A stretch of 64,000 nucleotides of DNA from Candidatus Bathyarchaeota archaeon (GTDB lineage: Archaea; Thermoproteota; Bathyarchaeia; Bathyarchaeales; Bathycorpusculaceae). This document shows positions 1-8,939 of this stretch, in pieces. The stretch spans positions 1,248,001 through 1,312,000 of the forward strand of contig CAWFFH010000003.1 of NCBI GenBank assembly GCA_963815095.1. Direction: 5' to 3'. Every line of letters begins with the position of its first letter. The first letter of the stretch is position 1. The notes below the pieces were generated by a model, which saw nothing but the letters and a program-made list of their open reading frames with translations, made no database searches and was not told the DNA's origin. Position numbers and translations under genes: made by a program.

Positions 1-357
1 CCTTTCGCCGCATGGAGCATCATACTTGGCACAATAGCAATAATTGGAATGCCCTTATCAGCGATTTTTCTGCCCAAACTTTCAATTCTTTTGCAATCTG
101 CCGAGTTGTCGCCCTATTTGCTCTTGGGGTTGCTAACAGTTTTCCTGTTTGTTGCCGGCGCATTTGGAGTCTTCCTGATTAAGTTGCTGTCCAAAAAAGA
201 AGAAGATGCTCCAGGAGTGACACGTTATGAAGCTTCGTTGGGCATGAAAATCCCAATCATAATCCTCCTGGTTACTGTTTTTGCTTTGGGAATATTCTTC
301 CCGCAGCAACTAACAAACTTACTCAATAGCATTGTGTCTGAATTGGGAATTAGGTGA
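1..357 (+). CDS. 3' part of a HyfF/NuoL-like proton-translocating membrane subunit of an Ehr complex (partial)
   Basis: Hydrophobic ORF open from the window edge (..AIIGMPLSAIF..); its stop overlaps the start of the large-subunit gene. Confidence 0.7.
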   Translation, partial: PFAAWSIILGTIAIIGMPLSAIFLPKLSILLQSAELSPYLLLGLLTVFLFVAGAFGVFLIKLLSKKEEDAPGVTRYEASLGMKIPIIILLVTVFALGIFFPQQLTNLLNSIVSELGIR

Positions 358-1922
358 CACAAATGAACCTGAACGAAGTACTCGAAATCTTATCTGGACA
401 AAAGCTCCCCTTAACTGAAGGGTTGAACTACGAACTTTATTTACCAATCAACGAATCCGACTTGCAAAAAGCCATAAACATCTTTGATGAAAATAGCTTT
501 GAACTCATTAGTCTATTCTGTGTTGAAAATTTTGCGGAAAAAGGATTCACACTTTTCTATGCCTTCGAGGTACCAGGTTTTGAGCAAATTCTGATTCTGC
601 AATACCTTTTAAGCGGTAATCAGGCAGTTTCTATCGCCAAAACTTATCCTTCTGCATGTTGGTACGAGCGGGAAATTGTTGATGGATTCGGAATAGAATT
701 CCAAGACGCCTTTGACAAAAGAAGATTGTTTCTACATGAGACGTATCCATTAGATTTTCATCCACTTTTGAAATCTTTCAAAAACGGTAAAATAGAAAAC
801 TCAACGCCTAACGACCAAAAAGAATACCTCTTTAAGCAGGTCGAGGGCGAAGGCGTCTACCAGATTCCAGTCGGACCAGTTCACGCGGGAATCATTGAGC
901 CTGGGCATTTCAGGTTCAGCGTCATTGGCGAGACCATCTTTAACTTGGAAGTGAGGCTTTTTTACAAGCACCGAGGATTAGAAAAACTCGCCGAAGGAAT
1001 GAAGCCTCAAGAATGCGTTCGAATTGCCGAAAGCATAAGTGGAGACGAAACGGTCGCTAACGTGGTCGCTTTCTGCATTGCGGTCGAGAAAATCTGCGGC
1101 TTGACATTGCCGAAAAGAGCTCTGCAATTAAGAACCATAATGCTGGAGCTTGAACGCATCTACTCTCACTTGGGCGATTTGGCAGGTATGTGCGTGGACG
1201 TGGCTTATCCTGTTGGCGCAAGCCCATTCTTCATTCTAAGGGAAGAAATTTTTAGGCAAAATGACACACTTACAGGTTCTAGATTCCTTAAAGGAATTGT
1301 CGGATTGGGAGGGTTAACTAAGGATGTTCCCGATGGCGCTCTCAAAAACCTCTCAACGTATTTTCTATCGTTTTCTGAGCGGCTAAATGTCGCCACAGGA
1401 ATCGACAGCACATACTTCTCAGTGGTTGACAGGTTTGAAACCACGGGTAAAGTTAAAACCGAAATTCTTTCACCTCTACATATTACTGGTCCAGTTGCGA
1501 GGGCTTCAGGCAAAATATCTGACAACCGAATCTCCCATCCATACGGAATATACAGAGAGTTAAAGTTGAAAGAAAGGACACAGACAAATGGAGATGTTCT
1601 TGCTCGATTCAACCTTAAAGCCAAAGAAGTTCTCGATTCCGTCAAAATTATTCAACACCTAATCAGCGAATTGGACAACGGCGAGATTTCTGTACTCTGT
1701 CAAATCAAAGATGGCCACTCGCTATCGTTGGTAGAGGCGCCAAGGGGACAGAATTTCCACTGGGTCAAAATCAAAAATGGCGCTATCGACCGCTTTAAAG
1801 TTCGGACAGCTTCTTTCTGCAACTGGCAAGCCATGGAACACGCGGTCCTTGGAAATATAGTTCCAGATTTCCCCCTAATTAACAAGAGCATGAACTTATC
1901 GTATGCAGGAACGGACATGTGA
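354..1922 (+). CDS. Ehr large subunit (NuoC-NuoD/HycE-like fusion) without NiFe ligands
   Basis: YEREI, GPVHAGIIEPGHFRF, HRGLEK, ELERIYSHL and EAPRG motifs; ESISGDE and DFPLINKSMNLSYAGTDM replace the two CxxC NiFe motifs. Confidence 0.9.
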   Translation: MTQMNLNEVLEILSGQKLPLTEGLNYELYLPINESDLQKAINIFDENSFELISLFCVENFAEKGFTLFYAFEVPGFEQILILQYLLSGNQAVSIAKTYPSACWYEREIVDGFGIEFQDAFDKRRLFLHETYPLDFHPLLKSFKNGKIENSTPNDQKEYLFKQVEGEGVYQIPVGPVHAGIIEPGHFRFSVIGETIFNLEVRLFYKHRGLEKLAEGMKPQECVRIAESISGDETVANVVAFCIAVEKICGLTLPKRALQLRTIMLELERIYSHLGDLAGMCVDVAYPVGASPFFILREEIFRQNDTLTGSRFLKGIVGLGGLTKDVPDGALKNLSTYFLSFSERLNVATGIDSTYFSVVDRFETTGKVKTEILSPLHITGPVARASGKISDNRISHPYGIYRELKLKERTQTNGDVLARFNLKAKEVLDSVKIIQHLISELDNGEISVLCQIKDGHSLSLVEAPRGQNFHWVKIKNGAIDRFKVRTASFCNWQAMEHAVLGNIVPDFPLINKSMNLSYAGTDM

Positions 1923-1926
1923 GACT

Positions 1927-2445
1927 ATGGCAAAAGCAATCTCTAATGTTTTCAAAAAACCCTCAACAGATACTTTCCAGTTTAAAGATGCAGAATTCGA
2001 AGCCCTCGGTATGCAGCTGAAGGAAACAGTGGATAAAGTTTTTGCCAGAAGCCTGGCTATTCGCGAATTAGACGCAGGCAGCGACAACTCAACTGAAATA
2101 GAACTCAATAACCTTTCAACCCCTTACTACGATGTTGAACGTTTCGGCATATTTTTCGTGGCTTCCCCCCGGCACGCTGACGTTCTCATCGTTACCGGCG
2201 TGGTCACTCTAAACATGGAAATTGCAGCAAAAAAAACATTCGAAGCCATGCCTAACCCAAAATTTGTTGTAGCCGTAGGCGACGATGCTTGCGGATATGG
2301 AATCATGAACAACTCTTACGCCGTGTTGGGAGGCGCCGACAAAATCTTTGACGTGGCTCTAAAAATTCCTGGTAATCCTCCATCTCCCCGAGAGATACTC
2401 AAAGGCATTCTTGCTCTCATGAGTGTTATAGAGAAAAGACCCTAA
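1927..2445 (+). CDS. Ehr small subunit (NuoB/HycG-like) with degenerate Fe-S ligands
   Basis: RSLAIRELDAGS, YDVERFGIFFVASPRHADVLIVTG, PKFVVAVGD and IPGNPP motifs; start taken at ATG 1927. Confidence 0.9.
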   Translation: MAKAISNVFKKPSTDTFQFKDAEFEALGMQLKETVDKVFARSLAIRELDAGSDNSTEIELNNLSTPYYDVERFGIFFVASPRHADVLIVTGVVTLNMEIAAKKTFEAMPNPKFVVAVGDDACGYGIMNNSYAVLGGADKIFDVALKIPGNPPSPREILKGILALMSVIEKRP

Positions 2446-2451
2446 AAACGC

Positions 2452-2490
2452 CTTTTTACGTTTAAAATAATTTTTTATTTTTTGTTTGCT
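2452..2490 (+). terminator. T-rich archaeal-type terminator of the Ehr operon
   Basis: Several oligo-T runs directly after the stop, between convergent genes. Confidence 0.5.
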
Positions 2491-2611
2491 AACCTTTAGA
2501 TCAGGCATGTAAATGCTTAGTTGCTGTTGTGGAAAGCCTGTGAAGCTATTAATAAACTCCACTTCCTTTCGAAGGGGTTTTTCAATCACCAAGTAGGGGC
2601 AGACTCGCCAT

Positions 2612-3043
2612 TTACCCTCGGTTGCCATAACTTTTGTTCATGCAATCCTGACAATAATTCCTCTTAAACCTCTTTATTCGCTTGGGCTGGAAGAGTTTTC
2701 CGCATGAACTGCACTTTATTTGGTTAACTGTTTTGGGATCCAGGAGTTTGAGTCGTCGTTCAATTTCGTTTTTAACGTCTGAATCGTTTTCACTTACCAA
2801 CGCATGGGTGAGTAGTGTTTTGGCTTGTTCTTCACTTTGTTCACCAAACATCTTGGAAAATACATTGTTCTTTTTCTGATCTACGCTTATCTGCGAAGGC
2901 AACATGCAGATAAAATTTGAAGGATAACTCTTCGATTTATCAGAATCAACCACGGCGAAACGGTAGTGCCTGCCTACATAGTTGCCCTCAATGTTATCTT
3001 GAGTAAATATCTGTAACTTGAACTTCATAACCTTCCCACGCAT
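2612..3043 (-). CDS. hypothetical protein with C-terminal C4 zinc ribbon
   Basis: CSSC...CQDC motif; the start may be at 3028. Confidence 0.75.
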   Translation of the reverse strand: MRGKVMKFKLQIFTQDNIEGNYVGRHYRFAVVDSDKSKSYPSNFICMLPSQISVDQKKNNVFSKMFGEQSEEQAKTLLTHALVSENDSDVKNEIERRLKLLDPKTVNQIKCSSCGKLFQPKRIKRFKRNYCQDCMNKSYGNRG

Positions 3044-3397
3044 ATAGAATGTATCTGCCCAGCTAATATCTATACTTCTTAAAAAAATTTAATTTTAATA
3101 TGAAAATTATTAAATTTGGGCGTTTTTAGGCAAATTTCCAAAAATAGCTTCTATATCAGAGTGCAAATGATCTTAGAACAACAAATAATCCTTCTATGCG
3201 TCAAAAACTCGCCTAAACACACAGAAAACTTCAAGATATGTGGGCGGGCGGGAGTAAGTTGAAGCACAAATTAGTTTTGGTGTTTAACATTTTGGCGTTA
3301 ATTTTAGGGAGCATCCGATTTTAAGCTGCTTTTCTCTCTGGAATTGCATTAACATAAACGAGGTTTTTTTTCTCTTTCTCTCTCTCTCATAAATAGT

Positions 3398-4318
3398 TCA
3401 GTTAATTTTTGAGCTGTTTACTTTACCTATAGCTCTTTTGTGGTTGAATGCAGCCACAAGCTCTTTAAAGTTAACAACAATGAGCGCCAGCAAAGTGAAA
3501 AAGGGTATGTACGAGTAATAATAAAGAGGTGTGGTGAGCCCTGAACCAAAAATCATGCTCATGAACCCAGAGCCCAGGCCGGGGTAAAGAAGCATCAAAT
3601 TCGATAAAGCCAGCGCGGCTGCTACACTTGTCAATGCAAGCTTGAGGTTTTTGCGATTATACAAAATGAACAGAGGGATTGAAAGTAAACCAAATCTTAC
3701 GTCAAAGAACCCAAAAGCCAACACAATTCCCGACAGGACTGGTTTGCCTCTGCTACCCAGATAGAAGCTAAGGAGAAGCAAAAAAGTGAGGAAGACTTTA
3801 GCTTGCCCTTCGCCCCACTGCCAATAGTAACTTGGAGATAAACCCCAATTTGCGGTTGGAAAGGGCAGCAGTAAAGCGATAACCATGACTGTCATCGAGA
3901 TGGCAAGATGCTTATCCTCTAAGAGTTTGTAAAGCATGAACGCAATAATTGGAAGGAGCATGATTTGGATTATGTCAAATGATAGCAATGCTTGCTGATA
4001 ACTTAATAATAGAAGGGGCGAGGTGATGAAAAGGAAATTGGGAAGGTACTTGTATGCTTCAGGGTACGGTGGAGTGATTGGTTCTGCGCCGCCTAGGGCT
4101 CCGAAATGGTAAACCTGTGAGGGATTATTCCAGAGTCTCCAAGCGCCTACATAGTAGGCTGAAAAGTCTTTTGCTAATATGCTGCCTGAAGAAGTTATGC
4201 CTGGAGTAAGCGTGTAAGTTTCTGGATAAGCTACTGTGAAGGTGTATAGATTTAACGCAATGAGAACAGCGACACTGATAATTATGGCAGTTTGGCCTGG
4301 GCTTGGTTTTTTAGTCAT
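3398..4318 (-). CDS. GT87/DUF2029-like polytopic membrane glycosyltransferase (GT-C)
   Basis: DFSAYY, YKYLP and GQ motifs in a multi-TM protein. Confidence 0.7.
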   Translation of the reverse strand: MTKKPSPGQTAIIISVAVLIALNLYTFTVAYPETYTLTPGITSSGSILAKDFSAYYVGAWRLWNNPSQVYHFGALGGAEPITPPYPEAYKYLPNFLFITSPLLLLSYQQALLSFDIIQIMLLPIIAFMLYKLLEDKHLAISMTVMVIALLLPFPTANWGLSPSYYWQWGEGQAKVFLTFLLLLSFYLGSRGKPVLSGIVLAFGFFDVRFGLLSIPLFILYNRKNLKLALTSVAAALALSNLMLLYPGLGSGFMSMIFGSGLTTPLYYYSYIPFFTLLALIVVNFKELVAAFNHKRAIGKVNSSKIN

Positions 4319-4499
4319 TTTGTCTCAGCGATTAGCCTGTTTATGATTTTATTTCACTGTGTTGGGAACTTTTATACTTGGTTGTTGTTCCGTTGTTAAT
4401 TCTTTTCCTTTCCGTTGTATTACTATCGTCTTACGAGTGAAAATGCTTTTATTCAGTTCATGCTTTCAAGCCCTCATGCTCTCAAAATAGAAGGAAGGA

Positions 4500-5120
4500 T
4501 TGGAAATGATGCCTCAACAAAGTAAAGCAAAACAAGTTGCAATAACCGCCATGGTAGCCGCAATTTACGCCATACTATTCTACGGATCCGCACCAGGCAT
4601 GTTGCCAGGATTTACTCTTATTTACCTTCCAGTCATTCTACTGGGTGTTTTTCCCATATGGTTTGGCTGGAGTGGCCTCGCAGGCTGTATGATAGGCGCT
4701 TTTATTGGCGGCGTGTATGTTGAGCAAGTAGCACCTTACGCAGCATGGGTAGAATCAATTACGGCATTAATTATATTCGGGTTAAATTGGCTTCTCATGC
4801 CCAAAAACGCAGTAGACGGGAAATCAAAAAGAAACCTCATTCTCCTAATCGCAGTCTACGCTGTTACACTATTTATTGGAACCGCATACATCCTTTGGCA
4901 ATACACCTATCTCTTTAACATAGGAATAATGACATTCCCCATTTTAGGGGCGTTTTCATTTGGAACTGTCCTTGCCGCAACCTTTGGTCTCAACTTCGTA
5001 ATCCAAATTGCGGTATGTCCAGCTCTATTAAGAACAGTTACTCCGCGGTTGAAAGGATGGGGCATGTATTCAGGCAACTTTGCTGAATGGCGAAGTCGCC
5101 GAAAAGCAAAACCCACATAA
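4500..5120 (+). CDS. QueT-like ECF transporter S-component
   Basis: About 200 aa with about 6 TM segments; AITAMVAAIYA and GCMIGAFIG patterns. Confidence 0.55.
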   Translation: MEMMPQQSKAKQVAITAMVAAIYAILFYGSAPGMLPGFTLIYLPVILLGVFPIWFGWSGLAGCMIGAFIGGVYVEQVAPYAAWVESITALIIFGLNWLLMPKNAVDGKSKRNLILLIAVYAVTLFIGTAYILWQYTYLFNIGIMTFPILGAFSFGTVLAATFGLNFVIQIAVCPALLRTVTPRLKGWGMYSGNFAEWRSRRKAKPT

Positions 5121-5200
5121 AACTCCTCCGCCTTTCTTTTTCATCAAGATAGAAAATACTTTTAAGTTATCGCTCACCTAAGCAACCTAAGTGTCCAAAT

Positions 5201-5731
5201 ATGAAAATCCGAATCCTAAAACTCACCCCTGAATCCCTCACTGGGTTGCTACAAGGAAAACCATCTACTTTCACTTCTAACATTCCAATCGACGCTGAAA
5301 TTTTAGACATAAAAATGGACCTTTTTACTAAGCAAGTTTCTATGGTGATTAGAAGTGAGTGCTTTGAGGATATCGCCGAAGCCATTCCAATCCCTGAATT
5401 CGAGTTGGCAAAAACCGCTGACTCAAAAGCTCCACCTAAACCAGCAATGGTGCTTATAAAACCTCAAGTCATGCAAGTTCCAGAGCCTAAATCTAACGTT
5501 GCAAAGTTGCCTCAGATGCAACCAAACAGGATGGCTTCAAAAATGGAAAACGAATTCAGCCCCGAACAACGTAAACTGCTCAGCTTCACCGTTAAAGAGG
5601 ACTGTGTGGAAGTTAAGCCGGTGATGTTTTTGAAGGCTGAATGGGACGATATCAACGAGGTAGTTAAGGGCATAGGCGGGAAATGGGTTAAAGGCGACAT
5701 AATCAGTTACTGGGAAATTCCTCTCCATTAA
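5201..5731 (+). CDS. hypothetical two-domain protein with Pro/Gln/Lys-rich linker
   Basis: 176-aa ATG ORF preceded by a TTTAAG TATA-like box. Confidence 0.7.
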   Translation: MKIRILKLTPESLTGLLQGKPSTFTSNIPIDAEILDIKMDLFTKQVSMVIRSECFEDIAEAIPIPEFELAKTADSKAPPKPAMVLIKPQVMQVPEPKSNVAKLPQMQPNRMASKMENEFSPEQRKLLSFTVKEDCVEVKPVMFLKAEWDDINEVVKGIGGKWVKGDIISYWEIPLH

Positions 5732-5807
5732 GGCGGCGGCGCGATTGAGTAAGAAACGAAAAAACTTTAAACCAGACAAGGCTAATCAAAAGGGTAGTGA
5801 GCCAAAG

Positions 5808-6194
5808 ATGGAAAAAACTGATAAACCTCTAACAAGAGACGCATTAGTCTCGATGCAAGTAATAGACGCTAAAGGACGCTTGGTAGGAAAAGTTAAGGAT
5901 GTTGCTTTTGCCGTTGGAAAAATGGGCATAGCACTAACCGTGGAAAACGAAAACGGAGAAACAACGAACGTCGCATGGGAAGAAGTTCAAGCAGCCGCAG
6001 ATTTCATACTCTTAAAACCCCAAATGGCCCAGCAAACCACATATCAACCACAGCAGGCAAAATCAGGCCAAACTGTAACTCAACAAGCGCAACAACAGAC
6101 TACTCAACCAACGTGCCCAACATGTGGAAGACCTCTAACTTGGATTCCGCAATATCAACGATGGTACTGCTACAACGACAAAAAATACGTCTAA
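5808..6194 (+). CDS. PRC-barrel protein with Gln/Thr-rich linker and C-terminal zinc-ribbon-like motif
   Basis: MQVIDAKGRLVGKVKDV is a PRC signature; C-terminus CPTCGRPLTWIPQYQRWYCYND. Confidence 0.8.
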   Translation: MEKTDKPLTRDALVSMQVIDAKGRLVGKVKDVAFAVGKMGIALTVENENGETTNVAWEEVQAAADFILLKPQMAQQTTYQPQQAKSGQTVTQQAQQQTTQPTCPTCGRPLTWIPQYQRWYCYNDKKYV

Positions 6195-6336
6195 AAACTC
6201 CAATCTTTCTCAATTTTTTATTTTTATCTTTTTTGAATATTGTTTGTCCATTAGACTAACTTTAGTTCTCGCAAAAAACTAAAGCTTATTTAAGTAAAAG
6301 CCAATGGCTGTAGATAAAAGAAAGATTTTTTCCGAG

Positions 6337-6963
6337 CTAATTGCCAATAGGCTTTTCTAGGATGGTAATTGTGCCGTTCTTTCCCAGCCGCAGCTGCTTT
6401 TCGCCTTTAAACATCGCTACATGCGCGTTCTTGATTTCTATAGAGTCACCAGTATGCACAGAATTTATCTGTTGGTCCCAAAGGCACAGGAGGATTTTTC
6501 CTGTTTCATCCCCGACGGAGGCGTTGGAAACAACTGCGTTGTCTCGGAATTGGGTGTGGACTTTGGCTGGCTCTGCAGTTTTTAGAACTTCGGCGGTGAC
6601 GTTTATTTTTTTCATACCGACCCGCAAGTTTTCTATTTTGAAATGTGAGGGAGCAGGGTTTTGGCGGGCGATTTCTTTGCGTACTTTGCTGGTGTCCATG
6701 GAATGGTCGAATGAAACGTCGGTTCTTGCGAGTGTTTCTTCAGGCACTCGGAACTGGGCAATTACTTTGGTGTCTTTTGTTATTAGGAAGATTGCTTGGT
6801 TGGTTACGTTTCCGCGGTACTCAACCGTTAAATCTGAAACAGGTACCGATTTACCGTGTTCTTTTGCTGTGATTAAGGCTTGGAAGAGCTCGGTTGGGTA
6901 AACCTCATGCTGTGTAGCAATGAAGGCAAGCTGGTCTTCTAAGGTGGGCTTTTTTGGTTTCAT
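6337..6963 (-). CDS. OB-fold single-stranded DNA-binding protein with an N-terminal domain of unknown function
   Basis: KIENLRVGMKKINV, VGDETGKILLCLWD and IKNAHV..FKGEKQLRLGKNG match archaeal SSB/RPA OB folds. Confidence 0.8.
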   Translation of the reverse strand: MKPKKPTLEDQLAFIATQHEVYPTELFQALITAKEHGKSVPVSDLTVEYRGNVTNQAIFLITKDTKVIAQFRVPEETLARTDVSFDHSMDTSKVRKEIARQNPAPSHFKIENLRVGMKKINVTAEVLKTAEPAKVHTQFRDNAVVSNASVGDETGKILLCLWDQQINSVHTGDSIEIKNAHVAMFKGEKQLRLGKNGTITILEKPIGN

Positions 6964-7233
6964 ACTCTATTCTATTCTCCTTTAATTAGCGAATAATCTT
7001 GAAAATAGCAAACTAAGTTAGCCCTAAAATTTACCTTTTCTAGATTAACTTCCGCAATTTACTAGTAATGCCCCACTAGGTATATAGGTGTAACTGCTCA
7101 AAAATTGAATTTTTACGATAAAATGTCTGGTTTTATGTATTAGGTCGAAATCATATTAAACTAAAAGGTTCCAAAAAGCAAAAAGGCAACTTCCTCATTA
7201 GATCTAGATAGCGCTTATTTTCGGAGCAAAACA

Positions 7234-8109
7234 ATGACAGAAAAACTCAAAGACCTCACAAAAGTTGACTTGAAAAACCTTGACAAAGTCTTCTACCCTA
7301 AAAACAATATAACCAAAGGGCAAGTTGTCGAATACTACATCAAACTCGCTCCAAAACTGCTCCCCCTCATAGCGGACCGCCCCTTAGTTTTGACAAGATA
7401 CCCTGACGGTATAGAAGGGGAAACGAAGAGTTTTTTTGCAAAAAACGCTCCCGAAGGCACCCCCAGCTGGGTTAAAACAAAAATCATCTACTCCTCCGCT
7501 TCAAAGCGGGACGTTTCCTATATCGTTTGTAATGACCTCGACACGCTTATTTGGCTAGCCAACTTGGCTGCGCTCGAAATTCACATGCCCTTCTCCAAGG
7601 TTGATGCCTTAGACAAGCCTGACCTGCTGTTCTTTGACGTTGACCCTGAACCGCCTGCTACTTTAAGCGACGCCGCAGAAGCCTCGCTACTGCTTAAAGA
7701 TAAACTTCTTGAATTAGGGCTCACACCGTACATTAAAACCTCGGGCAAAAAAGGCTTACACGTCGTAATCCCCATTGAACCCGAACATACCTTCGAGAAG
7801 ACTAGGGCTTTTGTACATAAAATAGGCGTCGAACTGGCAAAAGAAAGCGACATGATAGTTTCCGAATTCAAGGATACCAAGAAACCCGGCAAAGTTTTCG
7901 CCGACTACCTTCAGAATTCTCCCATGCGAACCATGGTGGTTCCTTACAGTTTGCGTCCTACGCCTGACGCTACTGTTTCCACACCTTTGGAATGGAGTGA
8001 GGTGAAGAAAGGCATAAACCCTTCGAACTACACTATTTTTAATGTAGCAAAACGGCTAAGTAATCCGTGGAAAGATATTTTTGAAAAAAGATGCAAATTG
8101 GAGATTTAA
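7234..8109 (+). CDS. ligD: NHEJ primase-polymerase (stand-alone LigD Pol domain)
   Basis: NLDKVFYP, RYPDGI, PDLLFFDVDP, KTSGKKGLHV, DYLQN and PYSLR motifs. Confidence 0.95.
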   Translation: MTEKLKDLTKVDLKNLDKVFYPKNNITKGQVVEYYIKLAPKLLPLIADRPLVLTRYPDGIEGETKSFFAKNAPEGTPSWVKTKIIYSSASKRDVSYIVCNDLDTLIWLANLAALEIHMPFSKVDALDKPDLLFFDVDPEPPATLSDAAEASLLLKDKLLELGLTPYIKTSGKKGLHVVIPIEPEHTFEKTRAFVHKIGVELAKESDMIVSEFKDTKKPGKVFADYLQNSPMRTMVVPYSLRPTPDATVSTPLEWSEVKKGINPSNYTIFNVAKRLSNPWKDIFEKRCKLEI

Positions 8110-8111
8110 TT

Positions 8112-8939
8112 ATGGAAGAACAAGAAAATGTAGAAGAATCCTCTTCTGAAAAAACCAGTGCTTCTGCCCCCAGCAGGTCTATTTGGTCAGGAAACATTAC
8201 TATCGGCTTGGTGAATGTTCCCGTCAAATTGTTCTCGATGATTTACGATAAGGGCATAGCATTTCATTTTTTGCATAAAACTGATGGTCAACCCTTAAAA
8301 TACGTTAAAATGTGCACCAAAGACGACAAGATAGTGCCGTGGAATGAGGTTGTTCGGGGCTACGAAGTTGCCAAAAACGAATACATCACCTTCGACCAAA
8401 AAGAACTCAACGAGGCAAAACCCGAATCTGATAAACGCATCCGTATCAGCAAGTTTGTCGATTACTTTTCGGTAGATCCCGTTTATTTTGACCGAACCTA
8501 CGCTTTGTTGCCTGATAAGAGTAAAGACGCCTACGGATTGCTGCTTAAGGCGCTTGAGAAAACTAACAAGGCTGGTGCTGGACGCATAACCCTGCGAACT
8601 AAAGAGTATCCCGCGTTGCTGCATACCTACAAAGGCGCATTAGTTCTTACAACATTACGTTATGCCTACGACGTTGTGAATCCCGCAGATTTTGAACCCC
8701 TCCACAAACTTGAAACCCCCCAAAAAACAGAATTAGATCTTGCCGTAAGAATCGTTGCTGACCTCTCTGGCGAATTTGACATAACAGACTTCAAAGACAC
8801 TTACATGGAAAGAGTACAAGAACTCGTAAAGCAAAAGGTGAAGGGTGAAAAAGTCCATATCGAAAAGCCTCCAGAAGTCGAAGCGAAAGGTCTTATGGTT
8901 GCCCTGCGGGAAACCCTCAAGCAGTTGGAGCAGAAATGA
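8112..8939 (+). CDS. ku: NHEJ DNA end-binding protein Ku
   Basis: RSIWSGNITIGLVNVPVKL, VVRGYE, DPVYFDRTY and LMVALRETL motifs. Confidence 0.95.
   Translation: MEEQENVEESSSEKTSASAPSRSIWSGNITIGLVNVPVKLFSMIYDKGIAFHFLHKTDGQPLKYVKMCTKDDKIVPWNEVVRGYEVAKNEYITFDQKELNEAKPESDKRIRISKFVDYFSVDPVYFDRTYALLPDKSKDAYGLLLKALEKTNKAGAGRITLRTKEYPALLHTYKGALVLTTLRYAYDVVNPADFEPLHKLETPQKTELDLAVRIVADLSGEFDITDFKDTYMERVQELVKQKVKGEKVHIEKPPEVEAKGLMVALRETLKQLEQK

Noticed and set aside
1927-2445. Selenocysteine or alternative-code explanation for the missing cysteines
   Set aside because: The positions hold ordinary sense codons (GAC, ACT, GAT, AAT), not TGA, and other genes use normal Cys codons.
3364-3388. T/CT microsatellite-like tract
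   Set aside because: Short low-complexity sequence next to a gene end, with no evidence of function.
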